From Camelus dromedarius (lineage: Eukaryota), in the NCBI RefSeq assembly GCF_036321535.1, contig NC_087438.1, positions 13,146,001-13,210,000 of the forward strand: 64,000 nucleotides of DNA. The letters run 5' to 3'. Below the pieces are notes generated by a model. That model saw nothing but the letters and a program-made list of their open reading frames with translations, did no database searches and was not told where the DNA came from. The number at the start of each line of letters is the position of its first letter. Within the stretch, counting starts at the first letter, position 1. Position numbers and translations under genes: made by a program. Below are positions 1-12,973 of this stretch, one piece after another.

Positions 1-504
1 CTAAGAGTGTTTTCTTTAAGCACATGTGTGTAGGAGGTGTTTCATGGTTCACACAACTGCTCTTCTCATTTCCCCTTCTATATTGGCAGACAGCTTGAAA
101 TACCTCATTACCAATGTGATTTTAACTCCCTTTTAAGTAATTTTGGCTTTGTTGTCTAGATGTCAAGTGATATATTTTTTTAAAGTTTAGTAGTTTTGTA
201 AAAACATTTCTAAATGTTTATAATTATGGCATGATTTACCTGAGTACATAATATTCATTATAAATGTATAGATTTGAATATTTTTTAATTAAAGAAGCTA
301 ATTTTAATTATAGATGTCAGTATTTGTTGTTTTCCATCATTGCTTCAGTTTGCTTCAGTCTCGCCCCCATTGTTGGATTTTCTGGGGCTATCTCCTATAT
401 TCTTTGTTTTCCCCCAAATCTATTTAATCTCTATTTACTTGTGTTAGTTTCCATTTAGTTTTCTTTCCCATAATCAGTATTTTCTTTTTTTCTAAATCTT
501 GTTA

Positions 505-1605
505 CATACATCTTCTTTATCCACTCATTCTTCAGTGGACACTTAGGTTGCTTCCTTGTCTTGACTATTGTAAATAGTGCTGCTATGGACAGATTTAGAG
601 TTTTCTTCTGATATATGCCCAGGAATGGGATTGCTGGATCACATGGTAAGTCTATTTTTAGGTTTTTTTTAAAGGAATCTCCATACTATTCTACATCATG
701 GCTGCACCAATTTACATTCCTGCCAACAGTGTAGGAGGGTTCATTTTTCTCCACACCCTTGCCAGCGTTTATGATTTGTGGACTTTTTAATGATAGCCAT
801 TCTGACTGGTGTGAGGTGATACCTCGTTGCAGTTTTGATTTGCATTTCTCTAATAATTATCAATACTGAGCATTGTTTCCTGTGCCTTTTGGCCACCTGT
901 GTGTTTTCTTTGGGGAAACGTCTGTTTAGGCCTTCTGCTCATTTTTGTATTGCACTTTTATTTTTTTCATATTAAGCTGTATGAGCTGTTTGTATATTTT
1001 GGAAATTAATCCCTTGTCAGTCACATCATTTGCAAATATTTTCTCCCATTCAATAGATTGTCTTCTTGCTTTGTTTGTAGTTAATTTTGAGATGCAAAAG
1101 CTTTTACATTTAATCAGGTCCCATTTGCTTATTTTTGCTTTTATTTCCAGTTACTCTAGGAGATGGATCCAAAAAAATATTACTGTGATTTATGTCAAAG
1201 AGTGTTTGCCTATGTTTTCTTCTAGGAGTTTTAGAGTACCCAACCTTACATTTAGGTCTTTAATCCATTTTGAGTTTATTTTTGTATAAGGTATTAGCAA
1301 ATGTTCTAATTTCAGTCTTTTACATGTAGCTATCCAATTTTCCTAGCACCACTTATTGAAGAGACTGTCTATTCTCCATCATCTATACTTGCCTTTTTTG
1401 TCATAAATTAATTAACCATAAAAGGATAGGTCTATATCTGGGCTTTCTATCCTGTTTCATTGATTGATGTGTCTGTTTTTGTGCAAGTGCCATACTGTTT
1501 TGATTACTGCAGCTTTGTAGTATAGTCTGAAGTCAAGGAGCATGATTCCTCCAGCTCTGTTCTCCTTTCTCAAGATTGTTTTGGCTATTTGGGGTCTTTG
1601 TGTGG
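505..1605 (-). mobile_element. L1 fragment, ORF2 3' region (antisense)
   Basis: Typical antisense L1 ORF2 text (gtggacacttaggttgcttcc, gccattctgactggtgtgaggtgatacctc, gcaccacttattgaagagactgtc, gattcctccagctctgttct). The ORF at 945-1289 is the usual antisense L1 pseudo-ORF. Confidence 0.93.
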
Positions 1606-2685
1606 TTTTATTTATTCTTAATGAATATTTTGTTTTTACTACAAAGTATAGAAATATAAGTTTTATGTAATTTTTCTAAATATAGCAATTATAAAAATGT
1701 TTCTTCCAGGAAGATTTGCACTGAACATTGCACTAAAGATCTTAAACTTCTGAGTGAGTTAATCAGCCAAGCAAACAGACAACACTGTTTAGAAGTACAT
1801 TAAGTTACAAAAATTACATGATTTTCACTGTTTCTTGTAATGGCAGTTTCTGTGTTAAACAAGATATTATAGCTATCAAGCCAATAAATGGAGACTTGTT
1901 TGGAATAGGTTTGAGAACCATTAGGACTAGATAATTCCAGAGGTAACTCTGAAATTTTCTAAAGAAAATGCCAGAGTTATAATTTGAAATCCTTTCCCAA
2001 AAAGCAATTTAAATCATAACTACTGTAAGAATTCTATGGATGAGGCTGTTTGTATATTTTTAAGCAAATATTTCAGAACAACTCTTTATTACTTTAAAAG
2101 CAATATAAACATGGTATGTAATTTGAAAATACAGTTTTTATTATAAAGAAATAACATATTTTCACCATTCTGAATTTCCAACTAACACTATCTTCCTAGA
2201 GCTCACTGTGTAAATACATAATTTAATTTTATGATGTAATATAATTTTTAATCAAATGAGATCATTCTGTATGTACAATAGAGTCACCTGATTTTATGAA
2301 TGAATAATATTTAGGTTTTCCCAGCAATATATTTTCCATTTAGGTAATTTACAATTATTATTCAAATGTTCCCACATATCAAAAACATGTCTTTTCTGTG
2401 AATTAGGGTACAAATCATATCTTATTTTATCTGTTCTTCTTTCCTTTATATCTTTCATTCCTGTTTATTCTCTTTAAACTTTCACTGACTGTGGAAGAGA
2501 ATGGGCAGTTGTCAGCTTTTTTGCCTGGTCTCTCCCTTATGTTATCATTGAACCTTTATCCTCTTCCCTACATATCATTTAAACAGGAAGACTACTCTAG
2601 AGCTTTCACAGGGTCGGATTGAACACATTTGACTAGAACACACTATATGTGATGTTATGTATTACATATTGCATCACTTCATGGA

Positions 2686-2815
2686 TAGAGTTGCCAGACA
2701 AAATACAAGACTCCTTACCAGGGAATGGAAAATGATGATACTAAAAATTATGTTATCTGAAATTCGAATTTAACTGAGTGCTACAAAATTTTACTTGCTA
2801 AATCAGGCAACCTTA
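2686..2815. mobile_element. MER53-like palindromic hAT MITE, internally deleted
   Basis: Inverted ends tagagttgccaga ... tcaggcaacctta, with internal tctgaaattcgaatttaactgag matching MER53 as recalled. Confidence 0.75.
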
Positions 2816-3394
2816 TTCAGAAGATATATAAGTGCTTCTTAAATTAACTACTAGAGTGATAACAGTCTGATCCTTGTATTGTGTAGTTAAATTTGTTTAT
2901 TTTCCTTGTTACAAGTTGTGAGGTTACTTTGATGCTATGTAAATTTATACTCCTATCAACCATTTATGTGCTTTTAAATATCTAGGTGACTTGACCTGGC
3001 TTAGGTAATAACACATCTAGCCACTGTGTTGCAAAATCCTTTAAATTGACAAAAAGGGCTAGAACCCAGAGAGCTACCAAGACATAGTAACTCTGGGTCC
3101 ACCCACAAGTGGCGATTTGTGACCTGATTCGGGATATAATTTGAAGATTAGACTCCATGGGAACTCCTGGAGGTGAGGTTCAAGATAAAGAAATAATTCA
3201 AAAACTTCCCCAAGATTTTAGCCATAATTTTAATATTTTTAAAGACTTGGTTTCCTAGATGACTCTGTTAATAATTGAACTGTTCTGCCTGCTTAGTTGT
3301 TTTTGTTTGTTTAATTATCACGACAGATTTATGGATTTTCATTGATTCAATGTGTTTCAATGTAAAACAATTATTTTTACACTTTTTTGCATTT

Positions 3395-4200
3395 AATTTG
3401 ATAGTATTTTCTTGAGGATTTTTTGCATCTGTGTTCATGAGCGATATTGATGTGTAGTTTTCTTTTTGTGTGTGTATGTGTAATGTCTTGAATTGGTTTT
3501 TGGTATTAGGGTAACGCTAGTCGCATGGAATGAGTTAGGAAGTATTCCTTCTGCTTCTATCCCCTGAAAGAGCTAGAGACTTGGTATAATTTCTTCCTAA
3601 ATGTTTGAAGAATTCACCAGTAGACTCATCTGGGTCTGGTGCTTTATGTTTTGGAAAATTATGAATTACAGATGTAATTCCTTTAATAAATTTAGGCATA
3701 TTCAGATCATCCATTTCTTCTTGTATATGTTTTGACAGATTGTATCTTTTAAAGAATTGGTCAGCTTCATCTAGGTTATCAAATTTGTGGGCATAAAGTG
3801 GTTCATAGCTTCTTTACTATAATTTTAACATTCATAGGATCTGTAGTTATGTCCCCTCTTTCATTTCTGGTATTAGTAATTTGTGTCCTCTCTCTCTTAT
3901 TTCCCTTGTTTGCCTGGTGAGGGGTTTACTGGTTCTACTTATCTTTTCAAAGAAGCAGCTTTTGGTTTTGTTGGTTTTGTCTATGGATTTCCTGTTTCCA
4001 GTGGCACTGATTTCTGCTCTAATTCTTATAATTCCTTTTCTTCTGTTTAATTTAGATTTAATTTGCTCTTTTATTTCTAGTTTCCAAAGGTAGAAAATTT
4101 GATTATTGATTTTAGATCTTTGTAATATATGCTTTCAATGGTGTGCATTTCTCTAAGGACTATTTTTCCTGCATCTCACAAATTATGACGGTGTTCACAT
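3395..4200 (-). mobile_element. Old L1M ORF2 fragment (antisense)
   Basis: gaggattttttgcatctgtgttcatgag, gaattcaccagtagactcatctgg and ttttcaaagaagcagcttttggttttgttg are L1 ORF2 antisense motifs. Confidence 0.88.
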
Positions 4201-5469
4201 TTTAAGTAACCAAAATATATACTGGTTCCTTGACCATATCTTGGTTGATTTTCAGATTTTACAAGTAGAATTTAGAACTTTAAACTTTTAGTTTGAGTAA
4301 TATGAAGAAGTAAACTTCCCTGTAAAATGAAGGGCATTCAAACTGTAATCTTTTGATCTAATGTGAATAAAGGAATTCAAGAGATTTCTCTTAATGTAGA
4401 AGAAGGAAGTGGAGCAGGAAAAAAGGATCTCATGAGGGAGTGAGGCCAACCCTTTTAACAGAAGAGTTAACAATCTTGAATAGATATCAAGCACAAAGAG
4501 CTACAATCTGGGGTCAAAACAAAGATTTCTACCTTGTGATTTTTGCCTAGTCATTCCTTACAGAAACAGCTGATTACGAGCTCTGTTTCACTGAATTTCT
4601 CCTCTGTCTCTGGAACTTTTAATTTTACTTTTTAAAAAATGTTTTCCAGCTGTACTTTTGTTGGAAAGTGCCACTTCCCACACAATAAAGTTTTCCTAAC
4701 TGCAACTGGAATGGTACACTGTTGAATAGAGTCACTAAGTAAGCCCTGGGAACAATCTTGAGTGACTTTAGACAGTTCTTAATGACCTGATAACATTATG
4801 AGATGACTTAATGACCATTCCAGTTGAGGACACTCACCAAGGCTGAACATTTTATCTGGCTCTTGCCATGAAGGTTTTACTGAAAACCAAACGACTCTTA
4901 CAGGTTTAGACTAGAAGTGTGTCAAGTGTAAATGTTGTAACTCTTAAAGGCTGTCATTTAGAGTTGTTTATGCTTTATGTGAGTTTAATCTACCACTGTT
5001 TTTTACATCTCTCAAAATTATAGTGGTAGTCTAAAATCCCCAAGATGGAAGTAACACCCCTCCCAGACTGGCTTTCAAGTTGATTAAACCAGATTGTGTA
5101 TACTTCTCGATATGATTTAAAAATGCTCTGCATTTTTTAATAGAATGCCCCTAGATGTGCTTAATAATTAGTCCAAGTTATTTAGAGGTCATTTCCTTTT
5201 TATGCAACTGTATCACAACTACACAAAATACAATAACCACCTCAAGAAAATTTCTGGTTTAATTAAATTAGGTTTCTAATTTAATTAGATTTATAATTTC
5301 TGAAGACTTTGAACTTCATATTTCAATCTGATTATTAATCTGGTAATTGTAAGGAGGTGAGGAGTCAAGGTACAGAGAGGGTGTAAATTCAGGAGAAAGG
5401 GGACACAATTTTTGATGAACCAAAGACAGGAATTGAAGAATTCTGGACACAGTGATAACAACCATGACT

Positions 5470-6240
5470 AGATTCATTCATTTATTTATTCATTCACTTT
5501 TCCAGCAATTATTTATCAGTGTCTATTATGTGCCTGCCACTGTTCCAGGAACAGACCAAAACAGATAAGGTGCATGAAGTTTGTGTCATTGGAAGACAAT
5601 GTGCCCCTTTGTAAAGTAATTAAATATGCATTTTCTAAAGATATGCCCATCAAAAGTAAAGGTCAAAGATTTTACCATGTTATTAGCTATCCAAACATTT
5701 TTTCTGCAAACAATCAACAGTCTTTGACATAAGGTTAAAGTTTCAACACAATCAGTATTAATTTTTCCAAAATCATTTTCCTTTTCTTATCTCAATCTTC
5801 ACTTACCAAATTGATGTGCACAGAGCCAGAGTTTGTTGTAGAACCCTGCCTGTCTGAAAACATACATGATAAACTATATGAATTAGTCATTAATTTAACA
5901 AATTTTATTGATCATCTATTGTGCAGTAGGCATTAGGGATACAGCACCAAACAAAACAAAAGTCCTTGCCTCCTGCAGTATACAATCTAGGGAGGCAAAG
6001 GGATAACATGCTAATGCACACATACTTATCTGGTGGTGGAAAGTGCTGTGAAGGAAAAGAAAGCAGGGCATGGGAAATTGACAAGCCTGAGGGAAGGGGG
6101 TGGTTAATTTACACAGAACAGCGCAGGGAAGTGCTTTCTTGTCAGGTGACATTTGAGCAGAAATTTGAATACTGGAAGTTCTTCAGCTGTGCTTAGATCT
6201 GGACAGAGAATATTCCAGGCTTAAGAAAAAGTAGGTTCAT
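5470..6240 (-). mobile_element. L2 fragments (3' end, antisense)
   Basis: attcattcatttatttattcattc ... gtctattatgtgcctgccactgtt at about 5475-5575, and aacaaattttattgatcatctattgtgcagtaggcattagggatacag ... gtgacatttgagcaga at about 5890-6230. Confidence 0.75.
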
Positions 6241-6505
6241 TAGCTATGAAGTAGAAGCCAATCCGCAAATCTGGTGAACAACAGAAAGACAACAAAGAGA
6301 GCAAGAGGACTGAATCATTAACTGTCTAAAATATAATTTTACACGTAATGTGGATATGCTATGAAGCAAAAGGCAGAATTTGCATGAAGACTTAAAAGAG
6401 AGCACATCAAATATTGGCCACTTTTGGAGTTTCATAGTGCGTCATGTCCCTGTACCACTTGGTGGGTAATTTTCCAGGAGTAACTTCGACATCACATCAA
6501 TCAGC

Positions 6506-6532
6506 TGTGTTTGTGTGTGTGTGTGTGTGTGT
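6506..6532. repeat. (TG)n microsatellite
   Basis: Direct reading of the TG run. Confidence 0.95.
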
Positions 6533-7794
6533 CCGCGTGCTTGATTTACGTCACCTCCATGGAAAAGAAGCATAAACAACAGATCTGTATCTTGTTTTCA
6601 AGTCATGACCCCAAGCTTCGCTTTACAGACTTCGTTGTGCACCTCTATGTCTGGTGGGTTCTGAGTCTGTTCGTTGTTCTGGGTTTAAATTTCTCAGTAT
6701 TCTTATCATCACTCGGGACCAAAATGTTCTCTCTCATATCAGATTTTCATTTGCATTTATAATCTGTATTTGTCCTAGAACATCTTGGAATGATTATTCT
6801 TTTACTCAGTGTTTTCTCTTTGGCTCATCCTTAGCCTCTACCTTCAAATTCTGGGTTGAATACCAAAAAATTTGAAGATCAGGTGACATATTTCATTTCA
6901 TCAGGTAAATGAATTTAACTCACACATACTGAATACACTTTTATAATTTCAATTTAGTATATTGTCAACACAATGAAATTCACTAATTTTGTAAATTATG
7001 CAGTCATTTACAAAATTATAAAGGTAAACTATTCAAGATTTTAAATCTTTTAAACCATTAATTATTTGTAGTGCTTCAAGAGTCAAAATAGCTTGCTTAG
7101 TGCCAATTTACTCTTAAGACTAATTACAAAATTATTATTTCCCCATAACTCCCTCCCCTAAAGTTGTATATTTATATATTTTTTTGTAATAAATGGAAGC
7201 GAGATGTTGATACTTGAAATCTGGGAATATTTATATCTTCATTTTCCTCACTCCCTATAGCTTATCAAATACCAAATATATCTTAAATTCTACTACTAAG
7301 TATGTTCTTAAAAGAAATCTCTCAGAAACATTTATTTTTGTTAACATTAGTGAAATGTCATCAATCGATTAAATCATTGTAATAGGCTACCAGTATAGTC
7401 CAAATAACTCTAATATGATTTCTTGACAGGACTCTTATAATATGCCCCACTGTTGACACTCATTCATCATTCTGCACCAAAGTCATTATTAAAATTGCAC
7501 ATTTTGACATGCTACTTTCCTACATGAACTAGTTTATAGAATTCCTTTGCATTTAGGCTGAAGTTCAGACAATGTATCCTATAAGCCCCTGCATGTACTA
7601 ATTTCTGTAAATATTCCACTTGCGCTTTTTATCATTTCTCCCTGTTTTTCTGCTCTGTAGTCATCCTTCCTCTTGGTTGACCTTACTTCTAATTACTTGT
7701 CCCTTTGTTTTCCTTAAGTACATTGTAACCCCTTTTCAAGCAAGATAAATTGTCTTAGTGTGGGTCATCATTGCATCATGACAAGGACATGCTA

Positions 7795-8484
7795 GCACTG
7801 TATACGATAGCCAAGACATGGAAACAACCTAAATTTCCTTTGACAGATGACTGGATAAAGAAAATGTGGTGTATTTATACAATGGAATACTACTCAGCCA
7901 TAAAAACTACAAAATAATACCATCTGTAGCAACACGGATGGACCTGGAGATCATCATTCTAAATGAAGAAGCCAGAAAAAGAAAGAAAAATACCCTATGA
8001 TATCACTCATATGTGGAATCTAAAAAAAAAAAGAATTAAGAAGACACTAGTGAATTCATCTACTAAACAGAAACAAACTTAGATACAGTAAATAATCTTA
8101 TGGTTACCAAGGGGAAAGGGGTGGAAAGGGATAAATTTGGGAGTTTGAGAGTTGCAAATATTAACTACTAAATATAAAAAGAGATTAAAAATAACTTTCT
8201 TCTGTATAGCACTGTATATTCAATATCTTGTAAAAATCTTTAATGAAAAAGAATTTGAAAAGGAATGTACATGTGCATATGTATGACTGGGACATTATGC
8301 TATACAGCAGAAACTGATCAATAAAAATAAACAAACAAATATGAATGAATAAAAATTTTTTAAAATAAGCCTGAATTCAAACTCAGGGAAGGTAATTCCT
8401 TGGGACATTAGTCCACCATCTTCTTAGTCTGCTGGCTTTCTGAATAAAATCACTATTCTTTGCCCCCATCGAAAAGAAAAAAAA
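7795..8484 (+). mobile_element. Young 5'-truncated L1 (ORF2 end plus 3' UTR) with 3'-transduced LTR-like fragment, poly(A) and 12-bp TSD
   Basis: L1 ORF2 C-terminal text (atagccaagacatggaaacaacctaaa, atacaatggaatactactcagccataaaaa) is followed by the 3' UTR. TSD aaggacatgcta lies at 7783-7794 and 8485-8496. Confidence 0.92.
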
Positions 8485-8659
8485 AAGGACATGCTAATTG
8501 CTAAGCATACAGTAATTAGTCCTGCAATGAAATTTTGTTGATAGATGATTGAAATGAGGGATTAATTAATAATTCAGACTATGAAGAATATCTATACAAA
8601 GCACACACATTAAAATACAAATACTTTAACACTTTGATATTCATTTTTAAAAATAATAC

Positions 8660-9135
8660 AAATATATTAATTGCCCAGGATGTGCCAGTGGCACTAGAGA
8701 TAAGAGGGAGAGAACAGTATGACACAGAATCTGGCTGCATGGATCTGGGGCCCACACAAGGCCATTTCGTCCATCTGCTCTTTTCCATCTTGGCTTCTTT
8801 CCCAGGCAGCTCTTCTGCTCCAGCTGACCCCCTGGCAGCTCAGGTATAACTGTCGTAGTTTTCAGCCCTAGCACTCATAAAATTTCCAGAAAGCATCCTA
8901 ATGGGATTGACTTGGGTCCTTCTTCCATCCCTGTAACAATCTTGGTGGAGACTGGAGGATGCAATTATGATGACTAGGCATTTTGGGGACACACGCTTCT
9001 CCCATGGAGTTGGGTGCAGCCTCACACAAACCACATAAACTGAGGCTAAGGCTAATTGACAGATGATTCCTGGTGGAATTCTGGGGTAATGTCACCCAAA
9101 GAACTGGGAATGAATAAATGCAGAAACACCACATT
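8660..9135 (-). mobile_element. Degenerate MaLR (MLT1-type) LTR
   Basis: Resemblance to old MLT1 antisense text (gattgacttgggtcc, ccatccctgtaacaatc, ttatgatgactaggc). Subfamily and boundaries are uncertain. Confidence 0.45.
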
Positions 9136-10589
9136 GTCTAATAAAGTGTAACTAGGCAGACAGTGTCAAGGGGAGTTTCACACGGAGGAAACAGCATATG
9201 CTAATGTTCTTGTAACTGGAGCAAATTGGGAAAGTCCTAAGGAATGAATAAAGGCCAGTAAAATTGATGCAGAGCGAGAGATAGAGCACATCACAGTACA
9301 AGATAACCTGGAATCAAGGAGGGCTCAAATTGTGTAAAGATTTGTAGCTCATGTGAAGGAGACTTAGGAAGTAACTGAAGAATTTTCAGAAGGTTGTGTG
9401 GCATATTCATCATGTATTGGGTATTTTGTTAATTGGCGTATTTCATAAGTCAAATTAGGTAACTATATTTAGAAAAGAAATGTGTTAACTTTTAGAAATA
9501 AATCCACTTCATCTTTAGAAAACTATTGACAAAAAGTAGTGCTCCTATTAATAGTAGTTCTAAATTACTATGCAATCAATTTTAAATATAGTTATCAGTG
9601 CAATGCTCTTATATATAATTAAAGATAATAGGATGTGATTATATGTTTGTAGTATTGATTGTGTTCATTTTCCCCCAGGTTTCAAGAAAAATACCCATAA
9701 ATGTATCCTTAGACTAAGAAAAATAATATGTGTTTTGCCAGATTATTGATTCTACAGTAAGAATTTGCACTCCTATAATATGCCATTTCTAGAAACTAAT
9801 TTTGATTTTGATGGATTGTATTGTGCATAAGCCATTTAGAAGGAAGCTAGCAATAATCGATGTAAAAACAGCTGGAAAAAATGCTAAGAACCAAAGGAAA
9901 AATGTTTTTCAGAAAATAATGAAGATGCTTGATTTTTCTTTTCATGAGGAAATTCACATTGTAGAAACAATAAAAATGTTCCAGTTGATTTATCTGCTGG
10001 AAGTTGAAGCTTGGGGCTTCATTTATTTAATTATTCAACTGCAGAGCCAACACCATAGCTGCAATGTTTTCTTTAATGTAAGTTTTCTTGAGAAGGTAAA
10101 TTATTCAGCTTTAACATAGGTAGCAAATAATATACCTTTCTAATTAATATTTGTTCAGCTAAATTGTTTATTCTCCCAAATCTTAATAACACAGTTTATA
10201 ATCTGTGTAAAAATTTACAAGTAACCCAATGGGTAGTTGAAATCTGTAAACAACAGATGTTGCCCAGCATCCAGTCACATCATTAGCAGAAATTACAGGA
10301 ATTAAAAAAAAAAATCACCTTTATACTTAAGTTTTTTTATGAGTAAAGGCTTTTATCTAATAACTCAAAATGAGGATTCTAATTTATCATACTATTTTTA
10401 TCATCATAAGCTCCATAAATTATCTCATAAACATCTATTTCACAATATGAGTTTTAGATGGGACATAATCAAATAATTATGCTGATTGTGTATGTCTTCA
10501 AAATCACAGTTGCTTGTGTGAGCCTAATATGTAAAAGTCCTTCCTAGTCAATTTTCTGACTTTCAGAATCTGGAGGATATCTTTGGTTT

Positions 10590-10925
10590 ATCCTCTGAGG
10601 TACTCATTAAGGCTTTGCATCTAATATTTCTGGTCACACCATTTCTGGGCAAATATTGCATTGCACTTTTCTGCCCTCTTGGGCTTTAGTGGAGCCGTGT
10701 GACTAATTCAGACCCACACATTGTGAACTGACCAGAGTGTTTCATCACCCGCTGGTGGGAGCCCCTTCAGCGTGCCCTGGTGTTCCTGGCCTGTAACAGG
10801 GAATGGTCAAGATGGTGGCTGCTGGAGCAGTGGGAGCGTCTGTGAGACAATGAACTCAGGTCTCCATCAAACTGTAAGGGAGACATGGTGTGAATGAGAA
10901 TGAGAAATAGCCAAGCCTTTCTGTA
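10590..10925 (+). mobile_element. Old MaLR (MLT1H/I/J-like) LTR
   Basis: gcacttttctgccctcttgggctttagtggagccgtgtgactaattc ... caagatggtggctgct ... gaatgagaaata resembles MLT1H/J. Confidence 0.55.
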
Positions 10926-11064
10926 CTGAAGCAAGAATTAGTAATGAAAGAAGAGTGCAACCATGGGGAAAAACCTCAAACGTGCTGCCAGCTTCAGGGT
11001 CAGATGGAAGTGAGTAAAGGCAGGGTTATCAGAGGATGAGGGAAAGGCAATTGATACTAATCTG

Positions 11065-11400
11065 TAAGCGGTATTGACCTAAAACATAGAGACTGCCACA
11101 TATGTCTCCAGCAAAGATGGGTTTATTTGGGATCAGCAGAGAATTTCATTTCATGGTCTGCAGCCGTGCTGTGCCACGAGCTAGCCCCAGCGGGCACACG
11201 AGGGAAGGAGGACGCTTTTATGGAGAGGAAAAAGAGTTGGGAGAACTGTGGTAATCAAAGTGTCCATGGCTTTTTACTGGTTGAGTCCTTGCCAGGAAAC
11301 GAGTCTGTCTTCTTCCTGTTGGGCTCTGCTATTGTCACCAGCTGGAAAGCCTTCCCTGTTGGTCTCTGATTATATTTAATTGAGGTTTCTGTTCATTTGT
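11065..11400 (-). mobile_element. ERV LTR-like fragment
   Basis: Higher GC than the flanks, an antisense poly(A)-signal context (gggtttatttggg), and ttactggttgagtccttgccagg resembling laurasiatherian ERV LTRs. Family not determined. Confidence 0.5.
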
Positions 11401-12973
11401 TAGAGCAGGAATAATACATAATGGAGAAGTCCATGTCTTGAGGGACTTAGTGACTTGAAAAGAAAACTGATTCTTAACTCTAAGGAGCAAGCAGTAAAAT
11501 TACAAATGAATGCTTTGTGTAACCAGGGCCAATTGAAGTTCAGTTTTGCAGCAAGGTGGGCTGTGGCTGAGGAGGGTAATGGAAAAGGAGAAGCCATAGC
11601 GCAGAGCCAAACAGCACAAAGAACAACCACATTTGGAGAGATTCAAGTACAATAACACAACCTCAATGGGGTGAAGTAGGTTTGAAAATTAAGAAATTTT
11701 CCATTTTTTCAAATACAATACAGTGCATATAATTTCCATTGCATAAAGCCATGGGGAAGAAGATTGAGACATCACCCTGTCCTCAAATACATACATAGCT
11801 CTATCCTGAGACCTCTGCACATTCCCACTAGGTCTGGTTTTTGCTGTTAAGCATTTTTAGTTTTCAGACTTCTGGGAGTTTTGGCATTAGGGCTAAGAGA
11901 TGTGGACATAGAGTTCTCCTGAGCAAAGGAGTGACTAAGGCTTGAAAGCAGGAAGAGCCTGCAGTGAAAATGCAAAGCCCCAGATTTTTCAGGAATCCCA
12001 GCAGGTGCAAGAATAAACCAAGACGTTGATCTCTTGTAACACAGTATTTTCCTGAGCCCAGGGGAAACAAGGAAGGAGAAGCCTGAGGTGAGGATTGTAA
12101 TTCCACAGTCCTCAGAGAGAGCTGGGCTTCTCTGTTAGAAAACAGTGCAGCTCCTTCCCTTGATGTAAACAATGGTCTTAGGAAATCCCATTGAGTGTTT
12201 GAAGCTCTCAAAATACTCTGGGCTGAATTTTTCACAACATCTGAGTGTGGGAGTGAATTCAGAGAAAAATAAGAACAATTGGGAGTGGAGATTTCTTCTG
12301 TAGTCCCCAAATGAATACTGGCAATTGACAAGGCTTGCACATCATCGTCCCACAGGATCTGAACTTCTAACACAGAAGGAAACTCTGCCTCTCAGTGGAA
12401 TATCATCATGTTGCACAGAACTCCCAGGATGCATTGAGCTGAGAGTAGGCAAAATGCCAACTTGCTTAAGGAAAATCAATGAATCAGGGAAGGAAAGATA
12501 AAATACAAAGCAGACTAGGAAGAGCCAAGTGACTTGGAAATTCCTGAGCAGACAGGAATTAGAACCAGCACCCAACAAGTCCTTAAATCAAAAGGGCACT
12601 TAAAGCTCAGACCATTGACATACACTCTGCAATTCAAGTCACTAGGTTTCCGATTATAAAATAAATCAATATACTGAAAGCATGGTAACTGAGCAAAATA
12701 TATTGAAATGCAATACAGTTAAAACAAATAGGTCAAATTATCAAAAGTAAAACCAAGAAAAAAAAAAGGGAATTAATGAGAGGTAAGATGAATTCCACAA
12801 GGAAAAAAAAGGAACAGATGATACCGGGGAAGGCATAGAAGGAAAAATAATCCCTGACAGATTTAAGGGTCCATTTTGGGTAAGATTACTAATTTACCTA
12901 AATATTGATGAAAATTGGAAGACAGTTAGACCTATCCTGGAAACGTTTTGTGTTATTTTGGGTAAAGAGTAGG

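Noticed and set aside
945..1289. 114-aa hydrophobic ORF
   Set aside because: Antisense reading of L1 ORF2, a well-known spurious ORF class. The same applies to 3881-4093.
5260..5287. 12-bp perfect inverted repeat (taattaaattag / ctaatttaatta)
   Set aside because: Low-complexity AT sequence, plausible by chance.
11864..12373. Longest ORF (169 aa, minus strand)
   Set aside because: No recognisable domain, no ATG start and no splice context. It lies in what looks like degenerate old repeat sequence.
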